Assembly (NCBI RefSeq): GCF_009914755.1
Contig: NC_060927.1
From: the human T2T-CHM13v2.0 reference genome, Homo sapiens
Direction: 5' to 3' (one strand)
Length of the DNA: 64,000 nt
Positions 41,264-53,245 of the stretch are shown piece by piece. The notes under the pieces were generated by a model, which saw only the letters and a program-made list of their open reading frames with translations, ran no database searches and had not been told where the DNA came from. The translations under genes and the position numbers were made by a program. Within the stretch, counting starts at the first letter, position 1. Every line of letters starts with the position of its first letter.

Positions 41264-42094
41264 GTGAACCTTTGAAGAGGAAATTGACTTTCTAATTTAA
41301 ACTTAATAACTGACTGTTATTAACGTATATCCAAACCTAATAAATTAACCACACACAATATGTTTTTAAGATTAATATGATAAAATTGGAACTGACACAA
41401 TTATTGATTGGTACCTAGTAGTTGTTGATCCCCTTAGAGAAAGATGTGGATCTTTTATTTCCCAGCAGTCTGAAACCTAAGCTTTCATTATTCCTTTTTG
41501 GGGCAAAGGGATTCCTAGAATTTGGGATAATTCAGAAATAAATGGCTTGTTTTTTGTTTTTTGTTTTTTTTCTGGCTAAACTAGAATGAAATAGATACAA
41601 GACAGAGATATAGTTGACTCATACTCATACCACTGTATGAATAATTTACGGGATAGTATATTTAAGTTAGCTTTCATGCATTGGATTCATGACATTCTTG
41701 AGCCAAATTCTCTTCTCCTCCTTGCCCTTTCAGCCCATCCCATGTGTCCCTGTCTGGTTTTCATGCTTTGCTGTGACAGGAACTATGTGGATGGTTTTCT
41801 TTGCTGTGCATTTTTCATAGGCTCTTGGTCTTCCAAAGCAGGCTGGAGACATTAGTGTAAGCAGGGTTACTCGGCAGACACACACTGAGTTCTTAACCAT
41901 TTTTCTTCCGTCATACTGGGTGGAGTTTTATACATTTTCCCTTGGCGTTACATCAGGTCTGAGGCTATACTGGACAAACCAAGAGATCCCTTTTGCTCTT
42001 CAACCTTGAAGACCCCATGTTTTCTGAACAGGAGTCTAACTGTGCTTCTCTGGGTCTCTGGAGGAAGTGACCACTCAGGAGGAGTGGTGTCTGA

Positions 42095-42520
<426 letters not shown>

Positions 42521-43237
42521 CAGAATCAAGCTTTTAAGTTAAGCACTGCTGTCTCTTGTTTTTGTCAAGCCACCAGAACCTGCTTTTTGCATTCCTTCAG
42601 CTAACTGGGAAGAACAGTGAGCATGTGTCTATTCCCTCAGCCCATGGCTTTGGGCTTGAGAGAAGTTAGAGCCTCCTCTTTTAAATTCCTCCCCACTTTC
42701 AGATCCTCTGGCTTTCCCTTTGGTGCTGGCCGAGCTATAACCCATGATAGGTTCTTGTGTAATATTAATAGAGCTTTCCTGGCTAGCTGGTCACTGGCTT
42801 AATATTAACTTTAGACCACAGTAGAGATAAGCCTGTTTGGCTGCTGACATTGGCAGTAAGGAGCCATGATCCAGGCAGAGGGCAGGCACTTCTCAGGAAC
42901 ACAAAAGAAAAATGACCCCTCTGCTGGGTAGTGTTTGGAATAAGGCATCACATGAAGGGAATGGCCACATTTGTGCCAAAGGGTAGAGTTGCCGCCTGAG
43001 AAAGAGCACCTGCATTTCAGAGGAGGCCCTCTGATTGCTCTCTCTGATGTCAGGGTCTTCTTGTTGCAAAGCAATAGAAGTGCAAGGTGCTCTGACAGAG
43101 TCTGGGAAGACTTTCTGGGTTGGGCCATATTCCCTTTGAAGCTGTGAAGATGTCTCTGAAAATCTCATTAGAAACTGGCAAACCAAATAGGTTCTACCTC
43201 CTCAGCTAGGTGTCAGGTGGCCTAGTAGCTGGAATCA

Positions 43238-43575
43238 TTTTTATTTTTTTATTTTATTAGTTTTTTAAAATTTATTCATGTATTTATTTATTTAGATACA
43301 GAATCTCACTCTGTTGCCCAGGTTGGAGTGCAGTGGTGCAGTTTTGGCTCACCACAACCTCTGCCTCCCAGGTTCAAGTGATCCTCGTGCCTCAGCCTCC
43401 TAAGTAGCTGGGACTACAGGCACACGCCACCACCCCTGGCTAATTTTTATATTTTTAGTAGAGATGAGGTTTCGCCATGTTGGGCAGGCTGGTCTTGAAC
43501 TCCTGACCTCAGGTAATCCGCCTGGCTTGGCCTCCCAAAGTTCTGGGATTACAGGCATGAGCACCACACCCACCC
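43238..43575 (-). mobile_element. Alu (S/J)
   Basis: Antisense dimer with a degenerate AT tail. Confidence 0.9.
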
Positions 43576-44260
43576 TGGAGTCATTTTTAGAAGAATCACA
43601 GAACCCAGAAAAGTATCTACCAGCTTATAAAATATGGAGACCTATCTATAGTACCCCCAACTTTACCTGTTGGCCTATAACTAGAAACTAAGATTTCAGA
43701 ATTTCTCCATCCTAAAATAATTGAAGAAGAGAGGGGAGTGACTTATCAGAGTATCTGTGGTCCTGCCTTCATCACTTCCCTTGTCTACAGGTGAGTTCAA
43801 GGTTGGTGGCCATGAGAATGCCCTTGGTCCTTGGCCCATACTGCAAAGGAACCAGGCAGGCACCGTTCTCAGAGCTCTGAGGATGGAAAGGCCACTTGCA
43901 GCTCCAAGTGTCACCTACTTTCTATTGTCCTTTCAATAAAAAACAAGAAGGGCCAGGATTATGGCTTTTCTGCTAATGATATTACCTTCCTGCCTTCTGG
44001 CATTTGCCTGGAGCTGTTTCTCAGTGGTTCCGCAGCTTGCTTTCCCTTTCCCTCCAGGGCCCTTGTGTGAACAGGAAAGTGGCCAAGGTCGGCCCCTGGA
44101 TGAGTGGGTGGGTCCTAATTCAGTCTCTTCCTAGAGCCCTGAGGCTTTTGTTGTCAAATCTGTTGCCCGTATCCCCAGATGGGGAGGTTCTGTGGACCCA
44201 GAGGGCAGTGGCTCGCTCCCCATTTTTCATTCACTTCACCCCAGCCCGTCTTTCCTTCAG

Positions 44261-44446
44261 GGCACTCTGACTGCTCAGGGGAAGCTGCTGCAGCAGGACA
44301 CATTCTATGTGATCGAGCTGGATGCAGGCATGCAGTCCCGGACCAAAGAGAGGCGCGTGTTCCTCTTCGAGCAGATTGTCATCTTCAGTGAACTGCTCAG
44401 GAAGGGATCCCTCACCCCTGGCTACATGTTCAAAAGGAGCATCAAG
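44261..44446 (+). CDS. KALRN: KALRN coding exon L (PH2): GTLTAQGKLLQQDTFYV...GYMFKRSIK
   Basis: Acceptor tttccttcag, donor AAG|gtgagg; 186 nt. ERRVFLFEQ PH motif; lies within ORF 44192-44512. Confidence 0.98.
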
Positions 44447-44823
44447 GTGAGGATCCCAATGGTGATGAGAAGAGGCAAGGAAGAGCCCAGTTCTTGGGAG
44501 CTGCTTCCCTAAGACGAGGCCCTGGAGTTGTGACATCCAGAACCGTGAAGATCTTTCAGCCGAATAACATTCGGTCATGGAGGCTGCACGACAGTGATTA
44601 TCTGTGAGCTGAAGTGACAGGCTGAGCCAGTCTCTGGCATGATCCTGCAGGTTCCCTGGGATCGTGTCACTCACCCAGAGACAAAAACCTAAGTACTGTC
44701 CTGCTAGATCCAGGGCAAAATTTGGAAGCTTGTCCTGAAATAGAAACTTTGAGGAAGAGTAATATGTTGCTGATTTTTAAAAAATCTTTTAAATGTAAAA
44801 AGGATCAACTCGTTTTCTTCCAG

Positions 44824-44995
44824 ATGAATTACTTGGTCCTGGAGGAGAATGTGGACAATGATCCCTGCAAGTTTGCACTCATGAACAGAGAGACTTCTGA
44901 GAGGGTTGTTCTGCAAGCCGCCAACGCTGACATCCAGCAGGCCTGGGTGCAGGACATCAATCAAGTCTTAGAAACACAGCGAGACTTTTTGAATG
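44824..44995 (+). CDS. KALRN: KALRN coding exon M (PH2): MNYLVLEENVDNDPCKF...WVQDINQVLETQRDFLN
   Basis: Acceptor ttcttccag, donor G|gtgggt; 172 nt, phase 0 to 1. Contains the conserved Trp of the PH C-terminal helix. Confidence 0.97.
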
Positions 44996-45854
44996 GTGGG
45001 TGCTGGGCTTGGTTCCTTGCAGGGCTGTGTCAGGGGACTCCACGACCTCTGAGCTTCCTTGGGTCTAGGTTCATGTTGAGTTATGAACCCAGATCACATT
45101 TTATAGGTACTCCAACTTTGTAGTTTTCAGAAACACTTTAGAATTTTTCTGAAGCTGAATACACAAGCACAACAGATAGGGTATGAAAAAGAAGCTCCAT
45201 CTTTCTGATAGAAGAGATTTCACTTATAGGACACAGGATATATGTCTTGTGGCCATCACTACCACCTGGTACTAATTTGGGCAAAAGTCTGAGATAGGCA
45301 CATCCTCTGTGTCTAAGGAACCAGGACCGGCTAGAAATGATATGTGTTTTTCCACTTTTCACAGCTTCTGTAGTGTTAACTAGAGATAAATGAGAGTTTG
45401 ACCAATCAGTTCAAATCCCTCCTCTGCTCCCAACAGTGTGAGAGCCTACATAAGCCACATTACTAGCCAACCTTACCCCTTTTAAATGAGAGATGATTGC
45501 TAACTTTAAATTTCTGTAATACCCTGAAACTTCCTAGAAGAAAATTTGTGGTTACACAGAGGGTGTAGCTCTTTGTGGCCCTTGCAGGAGCTCCCTCATG
45601 GGTGGTGTGAACTGGAGTGAAGTAGAGTTGCCACTTTGTATATATTTCTTTATTTTTTCCCCTGCTGGGGTTTTCTTCACACTGAGCTTGGCATGGGAAA
45701 GGGGTATGCGATTTTAAGCTAGTGGCTGATCTCTGCTGACTTGGTTAGCTCAGAAGTCTAACCAAGCAGAAATAGAGCTTGAAGTTGAATGCAAAATGTA
45801 ACTAGTAATGAAGTAAACCTGAAGACTCAGAAAACACATATGCCTGTATATCGA

Positions 45855-45920
<66 letters not shown>
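45855..45920. repeat. (CA)n microsatellite, about 32 units
   Basis: Read directly from the sequence. Confidence 0.97.
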
Positions 45921-45921
<1 letters not shown>

Positions 45922-46829
45922 CCACCTTTGGGTATACCACCTCTTCCTGCCTGTCCTGAGATCCGTCCTACATGGCCATACGTGCTCACAGGAGCGCACA
46001 CACAGGTACATGCATGTACACACGTACAGGCCCACCCTCGGGTGTGTCACCTTTTCATGCCAGTACTAGGATCTGGACTCTTTCAAATGATCCAAATACA
46101 GCATTTTCTGGATGTCTAGAATGGAACTGAATGCTGAAGGGAAAGATAAAAGGTGCCATACGAGTTGAGGACCTTGAGGAGTCATGACATTTCTCTGGGC
46201 CTTGTGGCTGGTTTTGTGAAAAAGGGAGTTCAGGTAGATCTACTTTGCCCATGCTGGCATGCTCTGTGATGGGCCAGTCTTCCTGGAAGCAGGACACCTG
46301 GCATCCTCCCTACAATATCAGTTTCCCTGTATTATAAGGGATTTAGCACAGTGTTTTAAAGACAAATAGAAGGAGATCATGTAACAGGATGCCACGACTT
46401 TTTAAGATAGAACATGAGACTTCAAAGCAATTTTGCACTTACAGAAAGTATTTTTGGGCCAGGCTCCTGGCCCTCAACTGTAAAAAAAATTTGGTGAAAA
46501 ACAACTAGACTAAGTGATCTCTAGGATTCTTTTCACTCTAAAATGTCTAAAATTAAACACCAGCCCAGCCCTGAGGGATGGTAATGAAAGTTTTATATGG
46601 CTTATGATTTCTGAATATAATATACAACTTCAAATGAACACTTTTGTTGATAAAATAATTTTATGCAAAAATGTGTTCATATATAAAAATATCTGTTTAA
46701 ATTGCATTCTATTAGGAGTTTCTGATAGATTCTAAGCTGAAATTAGGAATTTTAAAATTCATCAATTTGGGACAAAAGAAAAATAAGGTGCAACAGTAAG
46801 TTGAAACAAGAAGTTATTGACATAACAAT

Positions 46830-47050
46830 AATGGCTCCTGTGTATTGAATCCTTGCTCTGTGCCAGGCACTATGCTAAGCATTTTACATGGTTTTTCACA
46901 TTTAATCCTCACGCCAACATGGAGAGGTAAGTACTATTGTCCTACTTTTTTCAAGTGAGGAAAAGGAGACTCAGAACTTGTCCAAGGTCACAGAAGCAGT
47001 AAGTGATAGAAACAGGACTTGAATCCACAGCTATAGGACTTCAAATTAAG
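46830..47050 (-). mobile_element. MIR SINE
   Basis: tgtgccaggcactatgctaagc...tttaatcctcac...aacttgtccaaggtcacag. Confidence 0.8.
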
Positions 47051-47505
47051 GTTGTGAACCACAAAACTGCAGTATAGGTGCTAGTGTTAGGGCACTCATT
47101 TATTTAATTATGATCTCCCTAGCAACCAAAGTGAAGAAAGAAACAGGATCAGACATAAGACACTGTATCGATCAGTCAAAAACAAACCCTGTAGGGACGC
47201 ACAGTTTTCTTGATTCTGAGAATTAAGTTATGCAAATGGAGGCTGGTGAAAGAATACAGGCTGTCCATTTAGCTTATTTAAGAAGGCATTCTATTTTCAA
47301 ATGTTTTAGCACAATTATTGTAAATAACCAGGTAATATCACAATTCCATGTGATGGGAATTGATTCATAAAATCAGTTTGATAAGGCCTACTTTATAACT
47401 CTGCTATGTACTTAGAACTTGGAACTGTATTTATTTAGGCATAGTCAATGATTCAGACCTTTACTTCGTTCCAAGAGACCTTTCTCCTAATGAATCATGG
47501 AGATA

Positions 47506-48182
47506 CAGTCAGCCCTTGGTATCCACAGGGAATTGGTTCCAAGACCTCCCGAGGATACCAGAGTCTGTGGATGCTCAAGTCCCTTACATAAAATGGCATA
47601 GTGTTTGCATATGACCTGTGTACATCATCCTGTACTTTAAATCATCTCTAGATTGTTTATAATACCCGATATAATGTACATGCTATGTAAATGATTGTTA
47701 TACTATATTGTTTATGGAATGACAAGAAAAAAAACTCTGTACATGTTCAGTACAGACCACAACCATCCTTTTTTCCCCCATATATTTTCTTTTTTTTTTT
47801 TTTTTCTTTTTTTGAGACAGAGTCTCGCTCTGTCGCCCAGGCTGGAGTGCAGTGGCGCAATCTCAGTTCACTGCAAATCTCCACCTCCTGAGTTCAAGCG
47901 ATTCTCATGCTTCAGCCTCCTGAGAAGCTGGGATTACAGGTGTATGCCACCAATACAAAAATACAGAAATGCTAATTTTTGTATTTTTAGTAGAGACAAG
48001 GTTTTGCCATGTTGGCCATGGCTGGTCCTGAACTCCTGGCCTCAAGTGATCCACCCGCCTTGGCCTCCCAAAGTGCTGGGATTACAGGCATGCACCACTG
48101 CACCTGGCCCTTCCCATATATTTTCAATCCACAGTTGGTTGAATCCATGGTTGTGGAGCTCACAGATACAGTGGGCTGACTG
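47506..48182. mobile_element. MER2-like Tigger DNA element interrupted by an Alu
   Basis: TIRs cagtcagccc...gggctgactg with TA on both sides. Confidence 0.85.
47785..48109 (-). mobile_element. AluS
   Basis: Antisense dimer; TSD cccatatattttc. Confidence 0.93.
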
Positions 48183-49485
48183 TATTACTGAACTAGGTTA
48201 TCATCTCCTAAATACTTAATGCCACAAAACACTCCTCAGTGAGAGAGGCAGTGCTCTGGTGGGCCTGTTATTACTTTGACACATACAAGAGACAAGGATG
48301 TGATGACGGACCAGGGCCAGGCTTCTACTTACAGAGATGTGTGCAGGCATCTCAGAGCCAATCTTTCCTTCTGAGACCTCAAGTAGAAAGGAAGTGTGAC
48401 CCTATGTTGAGTCCTGTTGAGGTATGTACCTATCACAGTAGAAATATCCTTGTAATTGAGAAGTTCTCTGGGCCCCAGCTGTTAACCCACTTAAATAGCT
48501 GTTACAGTGCAAACTGATAAAAATGACATAATCGGCCAACCTTTGAAGTCATTCTTAAAGAATTGGACCTGTATGACATTTGCCTGGCTCTCCCTCTTTA
48601 GTTCTCAGACCTTGCAACCTTGTTACCTTAAACTCAATAAAACAAAGCTCCAGTCTTCTCCTTCACATCAGCTTATTCTCCTGTCTTCTGAGTTCCACTG
48701 ACTGCCATCCTCCGAGTCTCCAAACCTGAGCCATCCTCGATTCTTGCATTGCTTTTCCCACCTAGGCTGTCACAGTCTCATCTCTCCCGACCTCACCACG
48801 CCCACATCCATTCCACATCCCACTGGTCCCGCTCTCCTAGACCTTCTACCTCTCGCTTTTACCATTCTGTGGCTTCTGAATTAGACAAGAAGCCTTCTGT
48901 CTCATCCTCTCCAGTCCCTCCTCCTAACCACTACAAGGTCAGTGTTCCTCAAATGTCGCTCTCTGATGATAGAATCTCAATTTAAAGCTTTAAAGTTCAT
49001 TCCATCCAATTACTTTTCATGACCTTCAGAATTCAGTCCAGACTCATTGGACTCACTTTCTAGACTTTTCATACCATGGCACTTCCCACCTCACAGACCC
49101 TTCTGGTTTCCTCTTCCTCCTAGACACCCTTGACTACTTCCTGTTCCCCTCGCCAACACGTCACACTTGCTTCCTTCCTGCAGCCTAAGTGCCAGAGTCT
49201 GGCCACAGCTCTCTTCCGAAGCTCTTTGTTATTACCACCACACACATATTACAGAGCCTTCTCTCTCTTTGCACAACCCTTGGCACCTCACATATGGCAC
49301 CGTTTTGTTTTTTGTATTTTCATTATTTAGGTAGATGTCTTAGTTCTCCCATTGCCTTAAAAACAAGGGTAGTGTTTTTCTCACTTATCCACACGATGCC
49401 TAACACAAAGCCTTGGACCTAAGAGGCCTCCAAATCCTTGTGGGATTCCCAAAGCTTAGAGTAACCACCTGCTCTTATCCCACAG

Positions 49486-49724
49486 CACTGCAATCGCCCA
49501 TTGAGTATCAACGGAAAGAAAGGAGCACAGCTGTGATGAGGTCTCAACCTGCCAGGCTTCCCCAAGCCAGCCCCAGGCCCTACTCCTCTGTTCCTGCGGG
49601 CTCAGAGAAGCCCCCAAAGGGCTCCAGCTATAACCCACCTCTGCCTCCCCTGAAGATATCTACCTCCAATGGCAGTCCAGGGTTTGAATACCACCAGCCT
49701 GGGGACAAGTTCGAAGCCAGCAAG
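49486..49724 (+). CDS. KALRN: KALRN coding exon N: (A)LQSPIEYQRKERST...PGDKFEASK
   Basis: Acceptor atcccacag, donor AAG|gtaagt; 239 nt, phase 1 to 0. Confidence 0.97.
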
Positions 49725-49796
49725 GTAAGTGACAACTCATTACTCCCACCCTTGTCACTACGATGGCATAGCCTCAGGGGTTACTTTAGGAAGAGA

Positions 49797-50074
49797 AGGA
49801 GTCTCGGTCTGTCATCCAGGCTGGAGTGCAATGGCACCATCTCAGCTCACTGCAACCTCCGCCTCCCAGGTTCAAGCGAATTCTCCTGTCTCAGCCTCCC
49901 GAGTAGCTGGGACTACAGGCGCCCTACCATACCCAGCTAATTTTTGTATTTTTAGTACAGATGGGGTTTCACCATGTTGGCCAGGCTGGTCTCAAATTCC
50001 TGGCCTCAGGCGATATGGCCACTTCAGCCTCCCACAGTGCTGGGATTACAGGTGTGAGCCACTGCACCCGGCCA
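49797..50074 (-). mobile_element. AluS lacking a poly(T) tail
   Basis: Antisense dimer starting about 72 nt after the exon N donor. Confidence 0.9.
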
Positions 50075-50928
50075 GGAAGTAGCATCTTTTAATGCTTGCT
50101 GATTATTTTAGCAGGAACAGCACACTAAGTACAGTCTAGTCTCAATTATGTTTTCCTTTCCCTATAAACTGAGTGAGTTATACCAGTTCCCTGTGGCATA
50201 AATCATCATAAAAATGGATGATTTTTGCTAAATAGAGTAGTTTCAGTGTGGATCATCGTCATCTAAAAGTCACAGCTGTAGTGTTTGACACCTTAAAAAG
50301 AGTTCACCCTTTCTAATGATGATCTGCCTCGAGCACCTACTGAAAGAAGTTCCCAGTTCTTCACCATCTATTGGCTGATGTGGAAGGGAAGTCGATCATC
50401 AGTGTGTGAATGGGAGAAGTCTGACTTGGATTGAATGTTTGTCGTCGATAATCCACAATTCAAACATCACCATAAGGAGAGTCAAAGACTCAACCATAGA
50501 CTTAGTCTACACAGCTATTTTGCCCCTACAAGGTAGGTAGAACAGGAGAGAAATGGGAAAAGTGCTAGATTAGGAATCAGGCAAACCTGGTTTCTATTCC
50601 CAGTTCTGCAACTCACTTGCTTTAGAACCTTAGCCGAGTTAGTTAACCTCATTAGGCCTCAGTTTTCTCTAGAACTCAGTGGCTCTATGAATAGGAACAC
50701 TTACATTTTTTATCTACATGTTCCAGTTTTATAGTTTTATTTCTCCTCAAAATTATTAGTTTATATTGGTTATATTAAAAAATTATTAGTGTCCAAGTTC
50801 AATCCTGTATTAGAGTAACCACACTGATTTGTTCCGTCACATCACCTGGAAATGATTTTCCACCTTAAAAAACAATCCTGCCTTTGTGAATAAACTGAAG
50901 TCACTTTGGCATTTTGTCAAACATATCG

Positions 50929-51489
<561 letters not shown>

Positions 51490-52186
51490 TTACCATGCTC
51501 TATGAGGCAGCCAGTCCTCCTAGGAAAGTTACAAGTCTGTCTAGAGGCAGCTGCCCTGAAATAGACTCACATGAAAAGGTCATGGGCAGCATCTCTTATA
51601 TTAATGAGTAGGGGAGGGTACCTGGTGCCTGCAGGAAGTTGGGTAAGGGTAGGTCATGGTCTTGCCTTTGAATTGGGCAGAGATATCATTCTTAGTCCTG
51701 TCTCAAAGAGGGTCAGAATATAAAGTAAAGCCAGCGCACTTTCAAAAAGAGAAAAATTTAATATCAAACAATCCGTGTTCTTTCCATTGAAGGATTGTGA
51801 CCCCTGACATGACACTTGCCCTGACCTCATTCTGCCCAGGTGCTTACATACCCCTATGCCAGTGCCAGGTTCTTCCTTTCACTTGTAAGAGAACGCTGGC
51901 AGGAAGGTTGTATGCTGGGAAGGGGCTTCCAGGTCAAAGGCGTGTTTATACCTTTATGTGGGGTGGAGCCATTCACCCTGGATGATAATATTGTTGAAAC
52001 ATTGCTATTAAAAAATATACTTTCAGAGCATGTTTATTAATATCATGTCATTACTCAAGAGAGAATGCTGCCTGCTGCCTACCCTGCTAGTGGGAGATTT
52101 GGCCTTGAACCACTGGGTAGGGTGCAGAGCAAGCCCATGTGAACTAGCGTCCTTGTGTTTGTGCCCCTCTCACCCTTATCTCCCAG

Positions 52187-52440
52187 CAGAACGACCTGGG
52201 AGGCTGCAATGGGACCTCGTCCATGGCCGTGATCAAAGATTACTATGCACTGAAGGAGAATGAAATCTGTGTGAGCCAAGGTGAGGTGGTCCAGGTCCTC
52301 GCCGTCAACCAGCAGAACATGTGTCTGGTGTACCAGCCTGCCAGCGACCATTCCCCCGCCGCCGAGGGCTGGGTCCCAGGCAGCATCCTGGCGCCCCTCA
52401 CCAAAGCCACAGCAGCAGAAAGTAGTGACGGGAGCATCAA
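52187..52440 (+). CDS. KALRN: KALRN coding exon O (SH3-2): QNDLGGCNGTSSMAVIKDYYALKENEICV...EGWVPGSIL...DGSI(K); extends to a stop at 52444 when unspliced
   Basis: Acceptor tcccag|CAG, donor AA|gtaagt; 254 nt, phase 0 to 2. SH3 motifs DY..E(I)..GE.V and GWVP. Confidence 0.97.
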
Positions 52441-52444
52441 GTAA

Positions 52445-53245
52445 GTGCCTCGTTGGCTTCCCCGGGAGAGGAGTATGAGGATTAAAAATATTCAGAAACA
52501 AACAAAAGAACACAAAAATGCAAACACATGGTAGGGAATTACTACTGCTTATTCTCAACAGTACCACAGAACCAGTGTTTGAGTGCTGACACCATATGCA
52601 ACATGGGGCATCCGGGCTGGAGTGATCCAGTTTTTTAGTTGGTGGTGGCGATGATTTTTCTTTCCTTTTGGTTTATAATTTTCTGTTCATTTTTCCCCCT
52701 TTCTCCCCCACATTCATTAAGAACCCTACTGAAACCCTAGGTGACAAAAGGTGTGCCTTCTGTTGCCACATTTGACCCACCACAGGACTCACTGGACTGG
52801 ACTTCTATTTATATTGTATTAAGTAACTGATATATATATATATATATATTTTTGATTGACACCAAAAAATTACCTTGGCACAAATGCCAGACCTGTGAAG
52901 GTCAGAGGCCCGCTGCTTTTCCCAGGAGGGAGGGAACTTTTTGGTTGTCTGTGGCAATTCCTCTGTACAGATTGTAACTTTTTAAAAATTTCCCTTCACC
53001 CCGTCACTTGAATATATGTTCATAGTAATTTGTAAGATACTTCTTTTCCTTATTTTGGTTGCAAGACCCTTCCGAACACATTCCTGTATAAAGTATTTTG
53101 CACTATTTAAAGAAACCCATATGGATGAAGTCAGGATGTGCAATATGATGGCGTCACAGTGCTCATCGTTGTACCTGTAATGTAACTAATCAGTTTAAAT
53201 GTACTATTTTAAATATGTAAAATAAATTTTCACCATGAGCATGTT
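52445..53245 (+). other. KALRN: Alternative 3'UTR of the short (Kalirin-9-type) isoform; end approximate
   Basis: In-frame TAA at 52442-52444 inside the donor. Repeat-poor AU-rich sequence follows, with AATAAA at 53221-53226 and U-rich sequence downstream. Confidence 0.8.
53221..53226 (+). terminator. Intronic polyadenylation signal AATAAA
   Basis: Canonical hexamer with five TGTA within 55 nt upstream and a T-rich downstream region. Confidence 0.8.

Noticed and set aside
47695-48219. Alu-derived ORFs (this one and many with LSPRLECSG or PPKVLGLQ motifs)
   Set aside because: Standard Alu translations with no independent sign of exonisation.
52079-52567. Long antisense ORFs over exons (also 44231-44674, 39445-39849, 36037-36450)
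   Set aside because: Shadow ORFs opposite GC-richer coding exons, with no recognisable domains.
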